60,258 nucleotides of DNA, filler included, from Sphacelaria rigidula (GCA_964200075.2; 6 parts of 6 records of this genome joined end to end with filler, not necessarily neighbours in it), one strand, 5' to 3'. Shown: positions 38,184-52,040, counted from the first letter of the whole stretch. A program made the numbers and translations. Notes: generated from the sequence alone by a model not told the origin.

Positions 38184-38446
38184 GAAGTGGCGATATCAGA
38201 AAATTAAGCACCTCATTGGAAACTCTCATCCAAATGCGAGGTAATTAGTGCGCTTCGGACCGAACCATCTTAGCAGGATGCACCTCACCCTTCACGCGAC
38301 ACGCCGCGCACACCATGGCGCTTCGCTTTGGTGATTGAGTGCGAGCCTGGTCTGGCGAAAACCCAGCGTGCTCCGTCTCAGCTTTATAGGCATGCGAGGT
38401 CAACGGTGAGATGACTAATGGCATGCAAGATTTTGAGTACGCCCCC
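38184..38446 (+). mobile_element. Dispersed ~260-bp SINE-like repeat (GGAAGTGGCGATA...GAGTACGCCCCC)
   Basis: Homologous copies at 44070-44300, 50066-50199 (truncated), 9923-9960 (truncated) and 3545-3620 (3' part). Confidence 0.7.
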
Positions 38447-39198
38447 GTCGGAGGCCTTCGACAATTGAAACGGGCCGTCGACTTAAAAAAGTTGTACAGG
38501 CTGGTTCACGCAAAAGATCCAAAATTCTGTCATCAGCAAATGCCTTCTGCAATACGCAACCAGTAATCGCATACATGGGTTCATACTGACCGCAATGAAC
38601 AGACGAATAGGGTGACATAGCCGGATTTTTGTTCAAGACTAAAGCGGTGGCGCTATGGACAAAACTGTGTCTCGAACAATCAGCACCTTTCAAATTGTTC
38701 TGAAAGTGAAAAAAAAAACGAATTCCAAGCCCAATTTTTACCGAATCTCCACATGCTTCAAATCGTAGTGGCCGTCATCACCTCAAAAATCTAAAGGGAG
38801 AAACAAATTTTCAAACGGTTCAAATGGGTCGAGTTATACCCGACCGAAACCGGACGTGGAGTTTTGGCGTCGTCTAATTTCCACTCATGATACGTGCAAA
38901 AGACTCCGGGAGCCTCGTGACAATTTCCCTTATATCTGTTTTAGAAAAGCTCAAATCATCCTCAAACTTGGCAGTTCTGTATGTATTCGTACTCCAAAGA
39001 GAAACATTGTGTTTTTGTCCAAGTTTCTCCGTTCTCTACCGGCTTCCGGGGGTTCCAGTACAACGACCCCCAAGAAGGTGGTACAGAATGATTCAAGAGA
39101 GAAGAATATAACATGATGCGTCCCGGGATGATCCAAGGAACATGAGTACAAAGTTTGATGAAGAAACTCGAAAATCTCGTACAGTTATTCTTGCCTTC

Positions 39199-39446
39199 GA
39201 GTGATGCTACTATAGGGGGGGGTATTTTGGGCCGCTTTCTTCCGCGAACTCCACTTGCAATCGTCATTGATGGTAGCAACGGTTGTTCGAACGCGATTGC
39301 TTCCGATAAATTACGCTTTTTCATACTGGTTTACACCGCTTTTGCCCAAATACAAGCGCACCCCGAGTGTGTTGGGTCGTCTGAAGCGTCTAGGAGTCCA
39401 TTTTTTCGCGGCATTTAACACCCCTCCCCCTATCGTAGCATGGCTC
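39199..39446. mobile_element. Sola-like MITE (248 bp)
   Basis: GAGTGATGCTACTATAGGGGGGG ... CCCCCTATCGTAGCATGGCTC with a perfect 4-bp TSD CTTC (39195-39198, 39447-39450). Confidence 0.88.
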
Positions 39447-41424
39447 CTTCACGGAAAATTCACCCAAGAATGACGATGTCACACTGACACCGAGTAGTCA
39501 GGAGTTTGCACGTTTTAAGCTCACGTCCTCGCACGATTGCGCACACCTTCACGCAGTTATTGGAAGTTAGACCCTGAAAATTTGCACAAATGTGCCTGAA
39601 TTATTACGCAAGTTCCGATTCACGGTGTTTTTCTACTCCTTGACTTCTTCACCGTTTTTCGGGGGTCCGACGGGATCCAAGTCGTTTTTTTGAAGTTGTC
39701 CATTCTAAGACCCCGGAAAACAGGCACTACCCTTTTTTTTCGTTTCTTTCGCGAACGCCCTGTCGCCGTAAAACCCAAGGAAGGGCCTCACAAAGTTTCG
39801 TAGCTAACTCGATGAACCGATGCTTCAATTTCCATGTTCACGACAGAGAAGGCCCAAAAATAGCTACTTGATACAAAAATCTCGTAGTAGTTTGCGATTT
39901 CACCGTGGCACGGCAAGGTTCCAAGGGCAGGTCGAGTAGACTATACTCGATACTCGGTACTTTTGAAGAGTCATACGTTTAGTATTCGAAGTTGGAGTAG
40001 AGTATTTGAGATCATACTCAGTCTACTCGAAATTTGAGTAGAATATTTGAGACCATACTCAAGTAACAGCCGATCCTAATTTTTGGGGTTGAAACAAAAT
40101 ATGAGGTTGAAGTCCCATCCCTCCATTGCAGGGAAGATACNNNNNNNNNNNNNNNNNNNNNNNNNNNNNNNNNNNNNNNNNNNNTTAATTAATTAANNNN
40201 NNNNNNNNNNNNNNNNNNNNNNNNNNNNNNNNNNNNNNNNGAGCGGGCGGGGGGGGGGGGGGGGGTGGGGGGGGGGGGGGCGGGGGGGGGTACTCATTTG
40301 TTGCTAGCCCTAGTCATTTGACGATTGCCCACGCATCCCTTTCGAGACTGAGCACCGTTCCTGCTCCTAATAGAGACATCTCCAACATTTGAGCGCTCAT
40401 TACGTTTCTTCCATACATTCTCACGAAACTCTTCACACATCTTGTCCCCTTCCTAATTCGCCGTCTGTGTGTCCTGTGAAAGGGGAGGGGGGGGGGGAGA
40501 GGGACCAGAGCTGAAGCACTTGGGCCCTTTTGGCAGACGTAAAAAAATAGCTAATTCATGAACGAGGGCGAGGTAACAGCCATAGTAGGACTTCACGCCC
40601 TTCACTTGATGTGCGGATATGGGGCCTTCTTGCGGCGCTGATCGTATGTCATCTTCTGATTATCAGGAGCGATATGGATACTTGACACCGATTTCCTACT
40701 AACGTTCGCCCATCTCGCTGCAGTGAAAAAAATGTCACGCGTTTACAACAACCACGGAGCCCCTCAGTCAGGGCTGACTGAGCACCGCAGTGGCTGTTGT
40801 GAAACCTTGACAAACGTAAACCGCGGTTTCCATCCAAGCTGTTGAGCCTATAGATCGAACTCCCGTTTTGTCCCCGGGTTGTCGTCATTCCTGTAGTCGG
40901 CGTTGACTGGTGGCTCAGTAGTTTGGTGTGACCCACGACCAAAGCGTGTCCCGCGGCTTGATTCTCTTCACGACCGTTCTCGGTCGATTTCTTGATGATG
41001 GAGTAATATAGCAGAGCGCACCGCGGTGATCCGGCGCAAGCGCGCTAGGCCAGAACAAGCATGATGAATCCTGCAGATTTGCAGCCTTGACACACGAACG
41101 ACAACCCTGGTGCGAAGCGGGAGCTCGATGTATAGGCCCAACAGCTTGGACATCCACCAGGATTGAGCTGACCCGTGTAGAGCCGTCAAGCGTGAAATCG
41201 ATGTACCTCCTTCCCCCCTTCTTTCCCCCCTCCTCCGCTCAGATGAACTTGGCCCTACGTTCACTTCGTCATGTCAGTGGATATGTTCGAGTTGGGCGCC
41301 TCGGAGAGATATCCTTTTTATTAATTTGTTTCTTCATTTATTTATGTGTCACACTTTGAACCCCTCCCCTTCCTCGGGACGAGTCCGTGGTCTCCAGGGA
41401 TCAACCCATCTTTCCCCGGTATTA

Positions 41425-41512
41425 GGAGTAGGAACGGTGCTCCGTCTCGAAAGGGATGCGTGGTCAACGGTCGAACGACTAAGGCAAGCAACAAATGAGT
41501 ACGCCCCCCCCC
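41425..41512 (+). repeat. Dispersed repeat ending CGACTAAGGCAAGCAACAAATGAGTACG-C(n)
   Basis: Copies at ~3485-3540, 38090-38170 and 48087-48140 (+), and at 40260-40365 and 42333-42365 (-). Confidence 0.8.
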
Positions 41513-42801
41513 ACGGTATCCTAAAGGGCGAAATGTCCGTAATATAACATTGCGTGTACCGGGGGAGAGATGGATTGATCCCTTGAGACCACGGACTCAT
41601 CCCGAGGAAGGGGAGGGATTCAAAGTGCGACAAATAAAATAGAATATAATAGAAAAAAAAAAAAAGTACGCTCTAGATGGTTGAGTGGGCAACTCGCACT
41701 TGCACTGAGATCGTCGCTTGTGGATCCTCTCGGCAGAAGTTGTACTGTTCGAGGGGTGCTGAATCAAGAAGATCTGCTTTTGCTGGACCGAAACCGACTG
41801 ATCGTTGTACCTCCAATCCAGCGTATAAGTCAAACTTGCCAACAGTCTTCATCCAATCGATTTTAGAGTCAGTAATTGTCCAAAAACGTACACACATACA
41901 TATATATAGAGAGAGAGTTGACGAAAAGGAAATGTTGCAAGAAGTTGACGCCTGGCTCGTGCAGTACTTGCAAAGTCAGTTTTCGAGTATCGTCATCATC
42001 CTATCGGCCGTGTATTCAACTCTTAACTTATTTTCCTGCGTAGTATCTTTCGCCCGTGGCTTACGGTGGAACGTTCCATGTTCGGTAAATCAATGCTGTC
42101 CATCCGAATACCCTCGTTTTTTCAGCACCGGTGTTGAGTAAATGGTCTAGTCTATTGCGATCAGTTATAACGGCATACTGCAGTTCAATTCATTTTTCCT
42201 TCGTCCAACTCTGTTAATCTGTTCTACTTCTTCGTTTTCCTACACTTTCCCTCAGCGAGTGTTCCAGTTTTGTTCTTGTCTCGGGTACGTCTATCATGTG
42301 GATAATGACCACGACTGGATCATGACTAGCTCGGGGGGGGGCGTACTCATTTGTTGCTTGCCTTAGGGGGGGGGAGTCAAAATGCGACAATCTAACAGAT
42401 CAATCGAATCAATCAATTCCACGGTGACGAATAGCGCTATATCTCGCCCACTACTATAGACTCTCTTGAGAAACCGGCCTTCCCTTTCCCTTACCTTCAT
42501 ATCGAGAGGGTCGCTTAGGGATCGAAGCGGCAAACTTCGAATTGTTTGGTGGATATCCGACCGAAGGGTATCCGTCATGGCTCCGTCAGAGGTAAAGCCG
42601 TTTCCAGGACCCGAAGAGAACTTGGTGCGGATGCCCGTGTGGGCGAGATCTGGAATGGGAACGGGCTGAATGGAGGCCTCTCTCCAGCTCGCGTGGTCTG
42701 CCGATCCGAGTATACGGGAACAAAAGCATAAACTGTTGAAAACCGGGCAGACAATGGTTGCAGGTTCAGCCTTTGAGCGCTCAGGAGGAGTGTTCGTATT
42801 C

Positions 42802-43035
42802 CAAGGCTGTGTTGTGTGGGGTATATACCCGAAAGTGGGTGATTATCGGTTGGCATACTCGTACCATACCATGCCGGGATGTGTACCAACCTTTCCGGTA
42901 TGGTGCTGCAGTGTATCGAGCCATGTTCCAAGCACTCCGATATGATCCGGAACGGTATTCCCCAATAAAACACCTCTTTGGTACTTTTGCAAGTACCCGA
43001 ATTTCAGTCGGTATACCCTGCACAACACAGCCTTG
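42802..43035. mobile_element. CAAGG-family MITE
   Basis: TIRs CAAGGCTGTGTTGTGTGGGGTATA / TATACCCTGCACAACACAGCCTTG; termini resemble 19432-19614. No TSD evident. Confidence 0.7.
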
Positions 43036-43107
43036 AGTTCACCAGTATACCTTCATAAAATCGACCGCGTGTATACACTGCCGATGCATCGAAAAATTGA
43101 GGTCTTA

Positions 43108-43311
43108 CTCGCTCGTACTCATGTGTGGGCTATCATGAGTTGAGTTTTAGACATACCCTGCTCGCTCATACGTATGGGCTATCATGAATTGAGTTTTAGA
43201 CACACCCTGCTCGCTCGTACGTATGGGCTATCATGACTTGAGTTTTCGACACATACCCCACACGCCCGTACGTATGGGCTATCATAAGTTGAGCCTTCGA
43301 CGCATACCCTG
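43108..43311. repeat. Minisatellite, ~49-51-bp unit, 4 copies
   Basis: TGGGCTATCATGANTTGAGTTTTAGAC..ACCC..CTCGCTCGTACGTA repeated in tandem. Confidence 0.9.
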
Positions 43312-44577
43312 TGATGAACTGAACTCAAAGTTGGTCGCTTTTGAGGTCTCCCGCTTTCATCGCAACTTGGAAAGTTGAAGAATCAGGTGAAGACGTCGCC
43401 CTTTTCCCCGGGCAACTCTCGCAATGCGCACGGGGTGTGTGTGCATGCGGCGAATTCCACCGGTTATCGCAAACCTTTGGGGTCCGAATCTCCTAATGTG
43501 CAGTGTTTCGAAAATGTGAACTCAAAAATGGGACACGAAGCTTTTCGAAGATCCGTACTATAGAGATATAACGCGCTTACCTGTTGGAAGTGGGGGGAAA
43601 TGTGCCTTGATATTTGTTTTTGGAAAACACGAAGAGAGGAACGGGAATGTATGTGATCTTCGCGGCCGTGAACTATAATTTCTTGGTTGCTGCACCGATT
43701 TTGACGCGATTGAAGACGGCTGCCGAGAATGCCCTCAATCGTGAGAAGGTTTTTCGTAACACCGCTGTTCATTCGACCCATCATCAGGAGCGCTTGTTCC
43801 ACTAACAATCTTGAGGGAAAGACGGCCTACATACCCGGGACACAATCGGGAGTCATCCGGCCGGAATCTACAAGGTTTTCAAGGTTTGCTTCGAGTCCGC
43901 GGGACTTTTGCTAGACGTCAGCCTGGGGAAATTTCCTTGCTCCTGCCTTCTTCTTCCCTGAATTTTTCCCTTTCCCTCTTCAAAACTTTTGTCGAGTTTC
44001 CCCCCTTCCATCAGCGTGGATGTGTGTGTGACGCACCCATGAAGCAGTGTATAAGCCGTGGCAACCTCTGGAACTGGCGATACCAGAAAATGAAGCAACT
44101 CATTGTAGGCTGTCATCCANNNNNNNNNNAGCTCACCCTTCATGCGACTCGCCGGACACACCACGGCGCTTCGCGCTTGGTGACTGAGAGCGAGTCTGGT
44201 CCGGCGAAAACCCGGCGTGTTCCGTCCCAGCTTTGTAGGGATGCGAGATCAATGGTCTTATGACTATGGGATGCAGGATCATGAGTACACCCCTCTCCCC
44301 CCACTTCCCCTCCATCCTGGAACTTCCTTCTACGAGTTACTTGCGTTGGGTACAAAATATGACCACACCTCGATTTCTAGCGAATCAGTTAGTGTGCGAC
44401 ATACAAACAACCGATCAATATATATATATATTCATATATTGCCTCCTTCAAATTTCGAGTCACTTGTTATTCAATGCACCCGTCTTCTGTGTTGCATGTT
44501 GTGGTGGTTCACTTGCACACGCATGTACCGCAACAACGAAAGATCTCACCACATGATATCTTCATCCCCGCTTGAAA

Positions 44578-45207
44578 GGCCGCTCCTAATGGCACACAGA
44601 CAAAAAAAACACTGTGAAAATTCTTCCTTGGCTGTTCTTTGTCGTTTAACGCCCCTAAAAGGGAGCTAGGCGGAGTCAGACACCTTGGAATTACTTGCTC
44701 TACTCGTTGAGGCGGTTCCAAGACAGCCTCCCGTTCTCCGGTGGCTGCAGTTTCTATTTTCGGCAAACTTGCATTTTCGACCAGGAACGGCCATATGTTG
44801 CACCTTTTCTGATATATTTTTTTTCTCCAGCTAGTGTTTCAGTTTTGTCTTGTCTCGCGTACGTCCATCATGTGACATACACGGCTGGATCCCTGGGGGG
44901 TCAGTTAAAGTGCGCCAAAAAATAAATAAACAAGTCGATCTATCAATAAAAACGGTTAAATCTGGAAAAAAACGCCATTTTTCTCAGGAAGTGACCGTCT
45001 CTGGACAAAAATGGACGTTTGGTCAAGATGAAAACTGCGGTCACCGGAAAACGCGAAGATGCCGTGGAACCGTCTCAACGAGTAGAGCAAGTCATTCCAA
45101 AGGTGTAAAACTCCGCCTAGCTCTCTTCAAGGGGCGTAAAGCGACGAAGAAGGACCAAAAAAGCATTTCTACGAAACGTTTTTCTTGTGTTGCCATAGGA
45201 AGCGGCA
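44578..45207. mobile_element. Foldback element with ~220-bp diverged inverted arms
   Basis: For example GAGCTAGGCGGAGT..ACACCTTGGAATTACTTGCTCTACTCGTTGAGGCGGTTCCA (44663-44720) pairs with TGGAACCGTCTCAACGAGTAGAGCAAGTCATTCCAAAGGTGT..ACTCCGCCTAGCTC (45065-45123). Confidence 0.75.
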
Positions 45208-48110
45208 TGTCGTTATTAACGGCACTTTTTTTTTCAGACTGTATTCGACTGTTTTCGGGAATTTTCCCGACTTCTCGGAAAAGAAAACTGCTAAAACAAA
45301 GTCCAGAGCTAGATTTTTCTAGGAAAATGCTGGCAGTCTTTAATTTATCTCTTTCTTGACCTGGTTGAGACACCCGCGGTCATATTCTTCGGCAAGGGAG
45401 AATTTTTGCCCGAGAAAGTCGATTTTAAAAGTCGGACAAGGAAAACAGCCCCGACAATAACGACCCTTTACCATAATGCTTCCACTCACAACTTCCGGTG
45501 GCGCGTTATCTCCACACGTGACAACTGTTATCGTCTCGACACTTCGTGTACGTTTTGTCTTACATCTGCGCACTCGCCGTCGAAGAAAAACACATGATAA
45601 TTTAGAAAGTGTCTCGGCGCGGATGGACTTCAAAAGAGATCAATCGATTGCCTCGACAACTATGTAACGCGGTGCTAACATACAGCACGCGATGTTGGAG
45701 AGTGAGCGCTGTTGTGTCGTCGTGTAGATATCAGTGTCTCGCGGAGATATGCTGAGTGCTATTATACTATTGTTCCGTACGCCTTTCGTGCCAAGCAACA
45801 CCGCAGGTCCCGCGGCAATCACATTTGAAAGCTGCCTCGCGGCTATCCTGGCCGCCACTTATCCAGCAAGTAAACGTATTGCGTCAACAGATGGGCACAC
45901 CGGGCGTCTCGGCGGTTGAAATATTGTACCACGGTGATGCGTTTCACGGTGGTACTAGGGTATTGTCTCTTACCCTCCAACGGGCGATGCATCCCACTCG
46001 CGAATCGGTCAAGGTACGGGTGTGGCCCCGCCGGGGCCGTGCGCGTTCGGAGAACCCCTTCATTCACAATAGATCCGCTCGTGCAGAAACGATCATCGAT
46101 CCCGGCGTTCGATTTTCCTTGCCTCGATCGGGTGCCCCATGAAGGTACGATGTCCACAATCCGCGGCACCTCTTGTCCTTCCCCCTTCAGCTCGACTGGT
46201 TTGTTGTCAGAGCGGCCCGAAGCGTTGTTTTGGCGGGTGCTATCTAGGAGAGTCTGACTGCTATCGATATCCCCGCCCGTGCGGTCAGACTCCTTCTCTG
46301 GTGCTTGATTCATAGCACTGTAGTGCAGTTTGTTGCGTGGGCGTGCGAATTGGAATTGTTGAGGATTGCAGTATTTGACAAAGGGGGAGTGGGTGTGGGT
46401 TCTCTCTCTGAAACAACTGGATGGTCCTCGTTACAAGTTGTGGCAACGGTACACAGGGTAGTCGAATGAGATTCACATCGCTCCACGTACTGCGGAACGC
46501 GGGGGAAACCTCGCACATGGGGAACACCCGCCAGGGTTATCCGCTGAGGGGCGTCCAAATGGGGTAGAAACACCACCCAGGGGCCTTCTCTCCTGTTAAT
46601 GCACATACATGACCGGAGCCACCTCCACGTGCCAGATATCGTCAGTCAGCGCTCCGCTGCCATGGAGTATGCTGTTGTGTGATTTGAATTCATGAGGTAA
46701 AAACGACCGCCTACCGTCGTTCTAGAGCTTCCCTCTGTCAGCCTCGAATGCAGTACTCGTACTGCTTCTAAACTTAAAGACAACACGGCTTCTACCGCCG
46801 CCGCTGCCGCCGCCGTCGCCGGTAGTGAAGTCCCCGCACCAATAGCAAGGATGTAGATGAGGGGATACTCTCCCTTTGTGTGCACTGTGCTCACTACTGT
46901 TGCACTTGAATACGTGAAGCTGCCCATGTGGCCCGCGAACTCATTTCGCGCGACACCCAGGTTTTATTTACACAGCGGACACCTTGATCAAACGGCACAG
47001 CTACGACCACCATACGCGCAGGGGATGATTACGCCCGCGCCTGCATGCCTCCGCACGTTCCCAGGCGCCGCGTCGCCGCCGACCGCGACGCTGAGCTGGA
47101 CCATGAAGACACGAAACCGTCAAACCGCGAGCGACCATCTATTTTTGTCACGATATTCAAGCTATTATCGTGTTTATTGCGATCTTTGCTGATGAAGACG
47201 GCGCGACATGTACCTCCGGTAGTTACTACTCTATTATAGAGTGCACACGTCTCAGTCATGCTGTCGGGCTGGGGTGTACCGTGGTTTCCCATTGATCGCG
47301 GGTCTGAGGAACATGTCGTATGTTTCTGGTACATGACAAGAAACGAATGTTGGGCCTGTTGGGTGAAGCGACTTCAGGACTCACTGTCGCAGCGACACGA
47401 CGAGAGATATGGCGAGCGCTAGGGATTCTGGGAGTTTTGGTACCGGAGCTATAGCGTCAGAAAAGCAGAAGGATCAGGTGGAAAGGTCGTTGCAGGAGAA
47501 AGCAGCGGGAAACGTGGCGTACAAGGTGAGCAACTGCGTTTCAAATTGTAGTAGTTAACGGCAACATATGCAGTGCCCTCAGTATAGTTGGTGCAATTAG
47601 GCAACGGAGTGAGCTGCAGCACCCTTCTGTGAGGAATTCCCTGCATTGCCAAAAGTTTATGCATAGACATGTCTTCGATGCAGCTTCCAATGCGAGTTCG
47701 AGTTTCACCGCACTTCCGACAAACACCGACGCCAGAAAAAAATATCGCATAGGTGGTGTTATACACCGTAGTGTCAAGCTGAGACGCACCATGGATTCAG
47801 CAGGTATCTTGCACTTTACATTTCTCTTAGGTGGAAGCATTTCTTGTGCCCGCAATACTTCCTTTCGTGTCCTTTCGAGTTCTGTCCTGCCCTGTCCTGT
47901 GCTGACTTTGATGACGGGGTGTTCACGCATCTAAATGCACAGTGCATCAGCGGCGGCATGTCATGTTTGAATCGCCAGGGTGTTCCGTGGAAACATGTGC
48001 CCTCTGGTGCCAGAGGCTGCCTCTTGTCTTACAAGATGTCATAGCTTGATGAAAATTATCTGTTTCCCCCCTACAATTGTCCTTCTGTGGTCAACGGTCA
48101 AACGACTAAG

Positions 48111-48222
48111 ACCAGCAACGAATGAGTACGCCCGCCCCACAGTTATCTTTCACACACCCGCCCTTGACCAGCAACAAATGAGTACGCCCGCCCCACAGTT
48201 GTCTTTCACACACCCGCCCTTG
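48111..48222 (+). repeat. Direct tandem duplication of 56 bp
   Basis: ACCAGCAACRAATGAGTACGCCCGCCCCACAGTTRTCTTTCACACACCCGCCCTTG occurs twice. Confidence 0.9.
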
Positions 48223-50588
48223 TGAGGCATTTGTCCGACAAGAATATCGGACAAACGCATGCTTTTTTAACCAAGGTTGGCCATTTCTTGGAAGGATCTT
48301 TTGGCACAAGTGATTCCGTTGCTCAGACCAATTAAGCCTTGTGCCTCGTGTGAGGAAAAGTATGATCAAGTCCGTGACTATTGCCACTGCGGTGCAAAAC
48401 CGAGACTGCTGGAGAGTGGTTCAGCAAAAATAAGCTAGCTGAGAAAAAAAGTACGCCTGAAGACGCAAATACGCCAGGCATTTCTCAAAACGTCCGATAT
48501 TTATCACGCAGGGGTGGCCTTAAAAATCCCGTCTCTTCGTCGTTTCTCCCATCTTGAGGGGCCTGAAGCGGTTTTCATGTTTTTCTTCTCTACGGCTCAG
48601 GCCGTGTCTTATCAAAATGTTTTGGTGTCGACAACGTGCGGTCGAATCGAATTCGCTCGTTTCNNNNNNNNNNGTTTCTGATTCGTCCACGCTACTAATT
48701 TCCTCAGATGGTTGAGAACATGAATGCTGTAGATGTATCAGGTACGAGCAAATTTGATTCCACCGTACATTTTCGAGTCAAGAACAATTTTATTAGACAC
48801 GCCCTCAGCCCAAATCCTCTCAGATCCTCATGAGTTCATGTACTCTTCAGGAACTTGGATCAGGATTACGGTCGGGTTTGTTCGGTTCTGCTGGATAGGA
48901 AGGATCTGCACCACTCAGAAGGGGCGCTCGACATCGTGAACTAAGCCCCACCTTTATCTGCTTGCACGGTAATACTGTACAAGCCTACGCGGGTGACGGA
49001 GTTTAACACCCCCTTGAAAAGCCATGAGTTTCTCAACCTCGGTCTTGTTGACGTCGCGGCGGCTATGTCAACTGCATCGTTATGAAGATCCTTGTCGATA
49101 TGTTTCGATGAACGGTGTAATTTCGGAGCCCAGGGTCGTCGTGCCCCATCAAGAAACGTCGCTGGCAAGAAATTCATCCCACAGGAATGTTGTATTCCGC
49201 ACCTTAACCCTTAGACAGGGAGCGTCGCTTCGGAACAGTTTCACAGGCTGACAGTCCGGAGACATTCAGGGGTTTCCAGTGGCCGGGGGTTGTGGGGGTT
49301 TTTTTGGAGGGGGGGTATCTGTCCGCAGAGGAGCGGAGAAGCTCGCCAAGTCAACCATGTGTGTTTTGAATTTTGCCGCGGAAAATTATGAGCCGTGGAC
49401 GAGGCACGAGAGGTGCGGGATGCCCATTCTAAGAAATCCACCACAGACTACATGGGTAAAAATATACTGTTTTGTTTTCTGCTCGTGGTCTACGCCGCCT
49501 GCCTGACCCCTCATGTGCTGCCAGCATAGCTTCACACTGTCTGTGGCGTTGTTGTTGAGCACTAGGCAGAGACATCAGCAGCATGCAGTAAATAAATTGT
49601 GTTGAGTGGAGAGCGATGGCACACTTACACTTGCCGTTGTATCCAGTGAAGACATACAGCACACATACAGTACATACCGACTCTGTACGCTTTTGACTGC
49701 AGGGTCAAAACTAGTCAGGGGTTCTCTGGTACTTTTTTCTATATAGATGACAAATATCCACATGTTCATGAAAAAGGCGTTTTGAGTAGCGAGAAAAGAG
49801 CCGTCTGAACCCCAAATGTGACATATTCCAACTCTCTCCACCTGCGGCGGGGTCGCTAGCTAAGGGTTGAAGTGCGACAATCAATCAATTAATCAACCAG
49901 TACATAAAATCACAGGCTACATTGGGGCACGAAAACGTGGAACATGTCGGGGTCCCATATCTCCCCCCCTCCTCACTCCCCCAGATCGCCTGAGACCGCT
50001 TGTGGTCAATTTGGCTTTGGAATCATTGGATTTCAAGTGGCAGCACGCCTCCCTATGTAAACAGGTGTGGCGATACCCGATAATGAAGCAACTCATTCGA
50101 GGCTGTCATCCAGATGCAAGATAATCAATACGCCTCGGGCGGAACAATCTTAGCAGGAAGCAGCTCACCTTTCATACGACTCGCCGAACACACCACGGCN
50201 NNNNNNNNNNNNNNNNNNNNNNNNNNNNNNNNNNNNNNNNNNNTTAATTAATTAANNNNNNNNNNNNNNNNNNNNNNNNNNNNNNNNNNNNNNNNNNNNG
50301 TTGCAACCCAGGTACACGCAGCCCAGACATGTGGAATGGCGCAAAAGTTGCTTAGATACCCCTTGGACCAGCGATCAGCTTTTTTCTCCCTCTTGGGCAA
50401 TCAGGCCGAAGAAATCGTGATTTTGGTGACTTTGAGTCGTGATGATTTGTCCTAACCGTGAACTCTTGGGACCATCTCCGCGATTTTTTTCTGGAAACAT
50501 TCCTCACGTTGACATGCCACGGCCACTTTGTCACCAACTAACTAGTATTTGAAGATTAGGATATCAACCCCCCGTGGAAATCGAAAAG

Positions 50589-50888
50589 AATTGCAGCTCG
50601 TGCTTGAACCATGCCGCCGAATGGGCCAAAGAGTAGTCGGCCCAAAAGTGGCCGTTTTTTTGCCCCTTTCCGAGGGGAAAAAAGTGTCGATTTTTTTTCT
50701 TGATGTTTTTTACCCGCCCCCGCCTTCCTGGGGCTTGCTGCGAGGAAGTCCCACGCGATTTAAAAAATATTAAGATTTTTTTCGACACTTTTCTTCCCCT
50801 CGGAAAGGGTAAAAAAACGGCCATCTTTGGGCCGACTACTTTTTTCGCAGCCGTTCGGCGGCATGGTTCAAGCATGAGTTGCAAAATT
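50589..50888. mobile_element. Foldback element with ~115-bp inverted arms
   Basis: TTGCAGCTCGTGCTTGAACCATGCCGCCGAA..GTAGTCGGCCCAAA..AAGTGTCGA pairs with TCGACACTT..TTTGGGCCGACTAC..TTCGGCGGCATGGTTCAAGCATGAGTTGCAA. Confidence 0.8.
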
Positions 50889-51180
50889 TAAACATATTTT
50901 CTTGACCCGAGAAACACCGCAGAGTTCATTACAAAAACCCCCGAAAACATGGGACATCGTCAAGGGCCCGTACAAATTTAGGTATACCTTTACTTATGGG
51001 ACAGAGAAAGTATGTGTTGCGATTATTGTTGTGCGCAGACTTGGCGCGCAACCCGTCTCGTCAATTGGTCGATCCAGGGGGAGGTGGGAACACACCCGCG
51101 CACGCGCACGCGCACGCACAAGTCACTGTCTCGCAGAAGGTGTTCGGCGTCGTAGATATAGCGATGAAGCCGACGCATGA

Positions 51181-52040
<860 letters not shown>

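Noticed and set aside
40540-41260. Possible LINE 5' UTR and endonuclease start on the minus strand
   Set aside because: No diagnostic endonuclease motif could be read through the decay.
43108-43311. CRISPR-like periodic array
   Set aside because: The inter-repeat segments are homologous to each other rather than unique spacers, there are no cas genes, and the context is eukaryotic. It is a minisatellite; the same applies to 29070-29265 and 55115-55300.
47020-47240. PPHV motif suggesting a Helitron PIF1 helicase fragment
   Set aside because: The expected downstream motifs (MLLRN, NG, QFP, KSQG) are absent.
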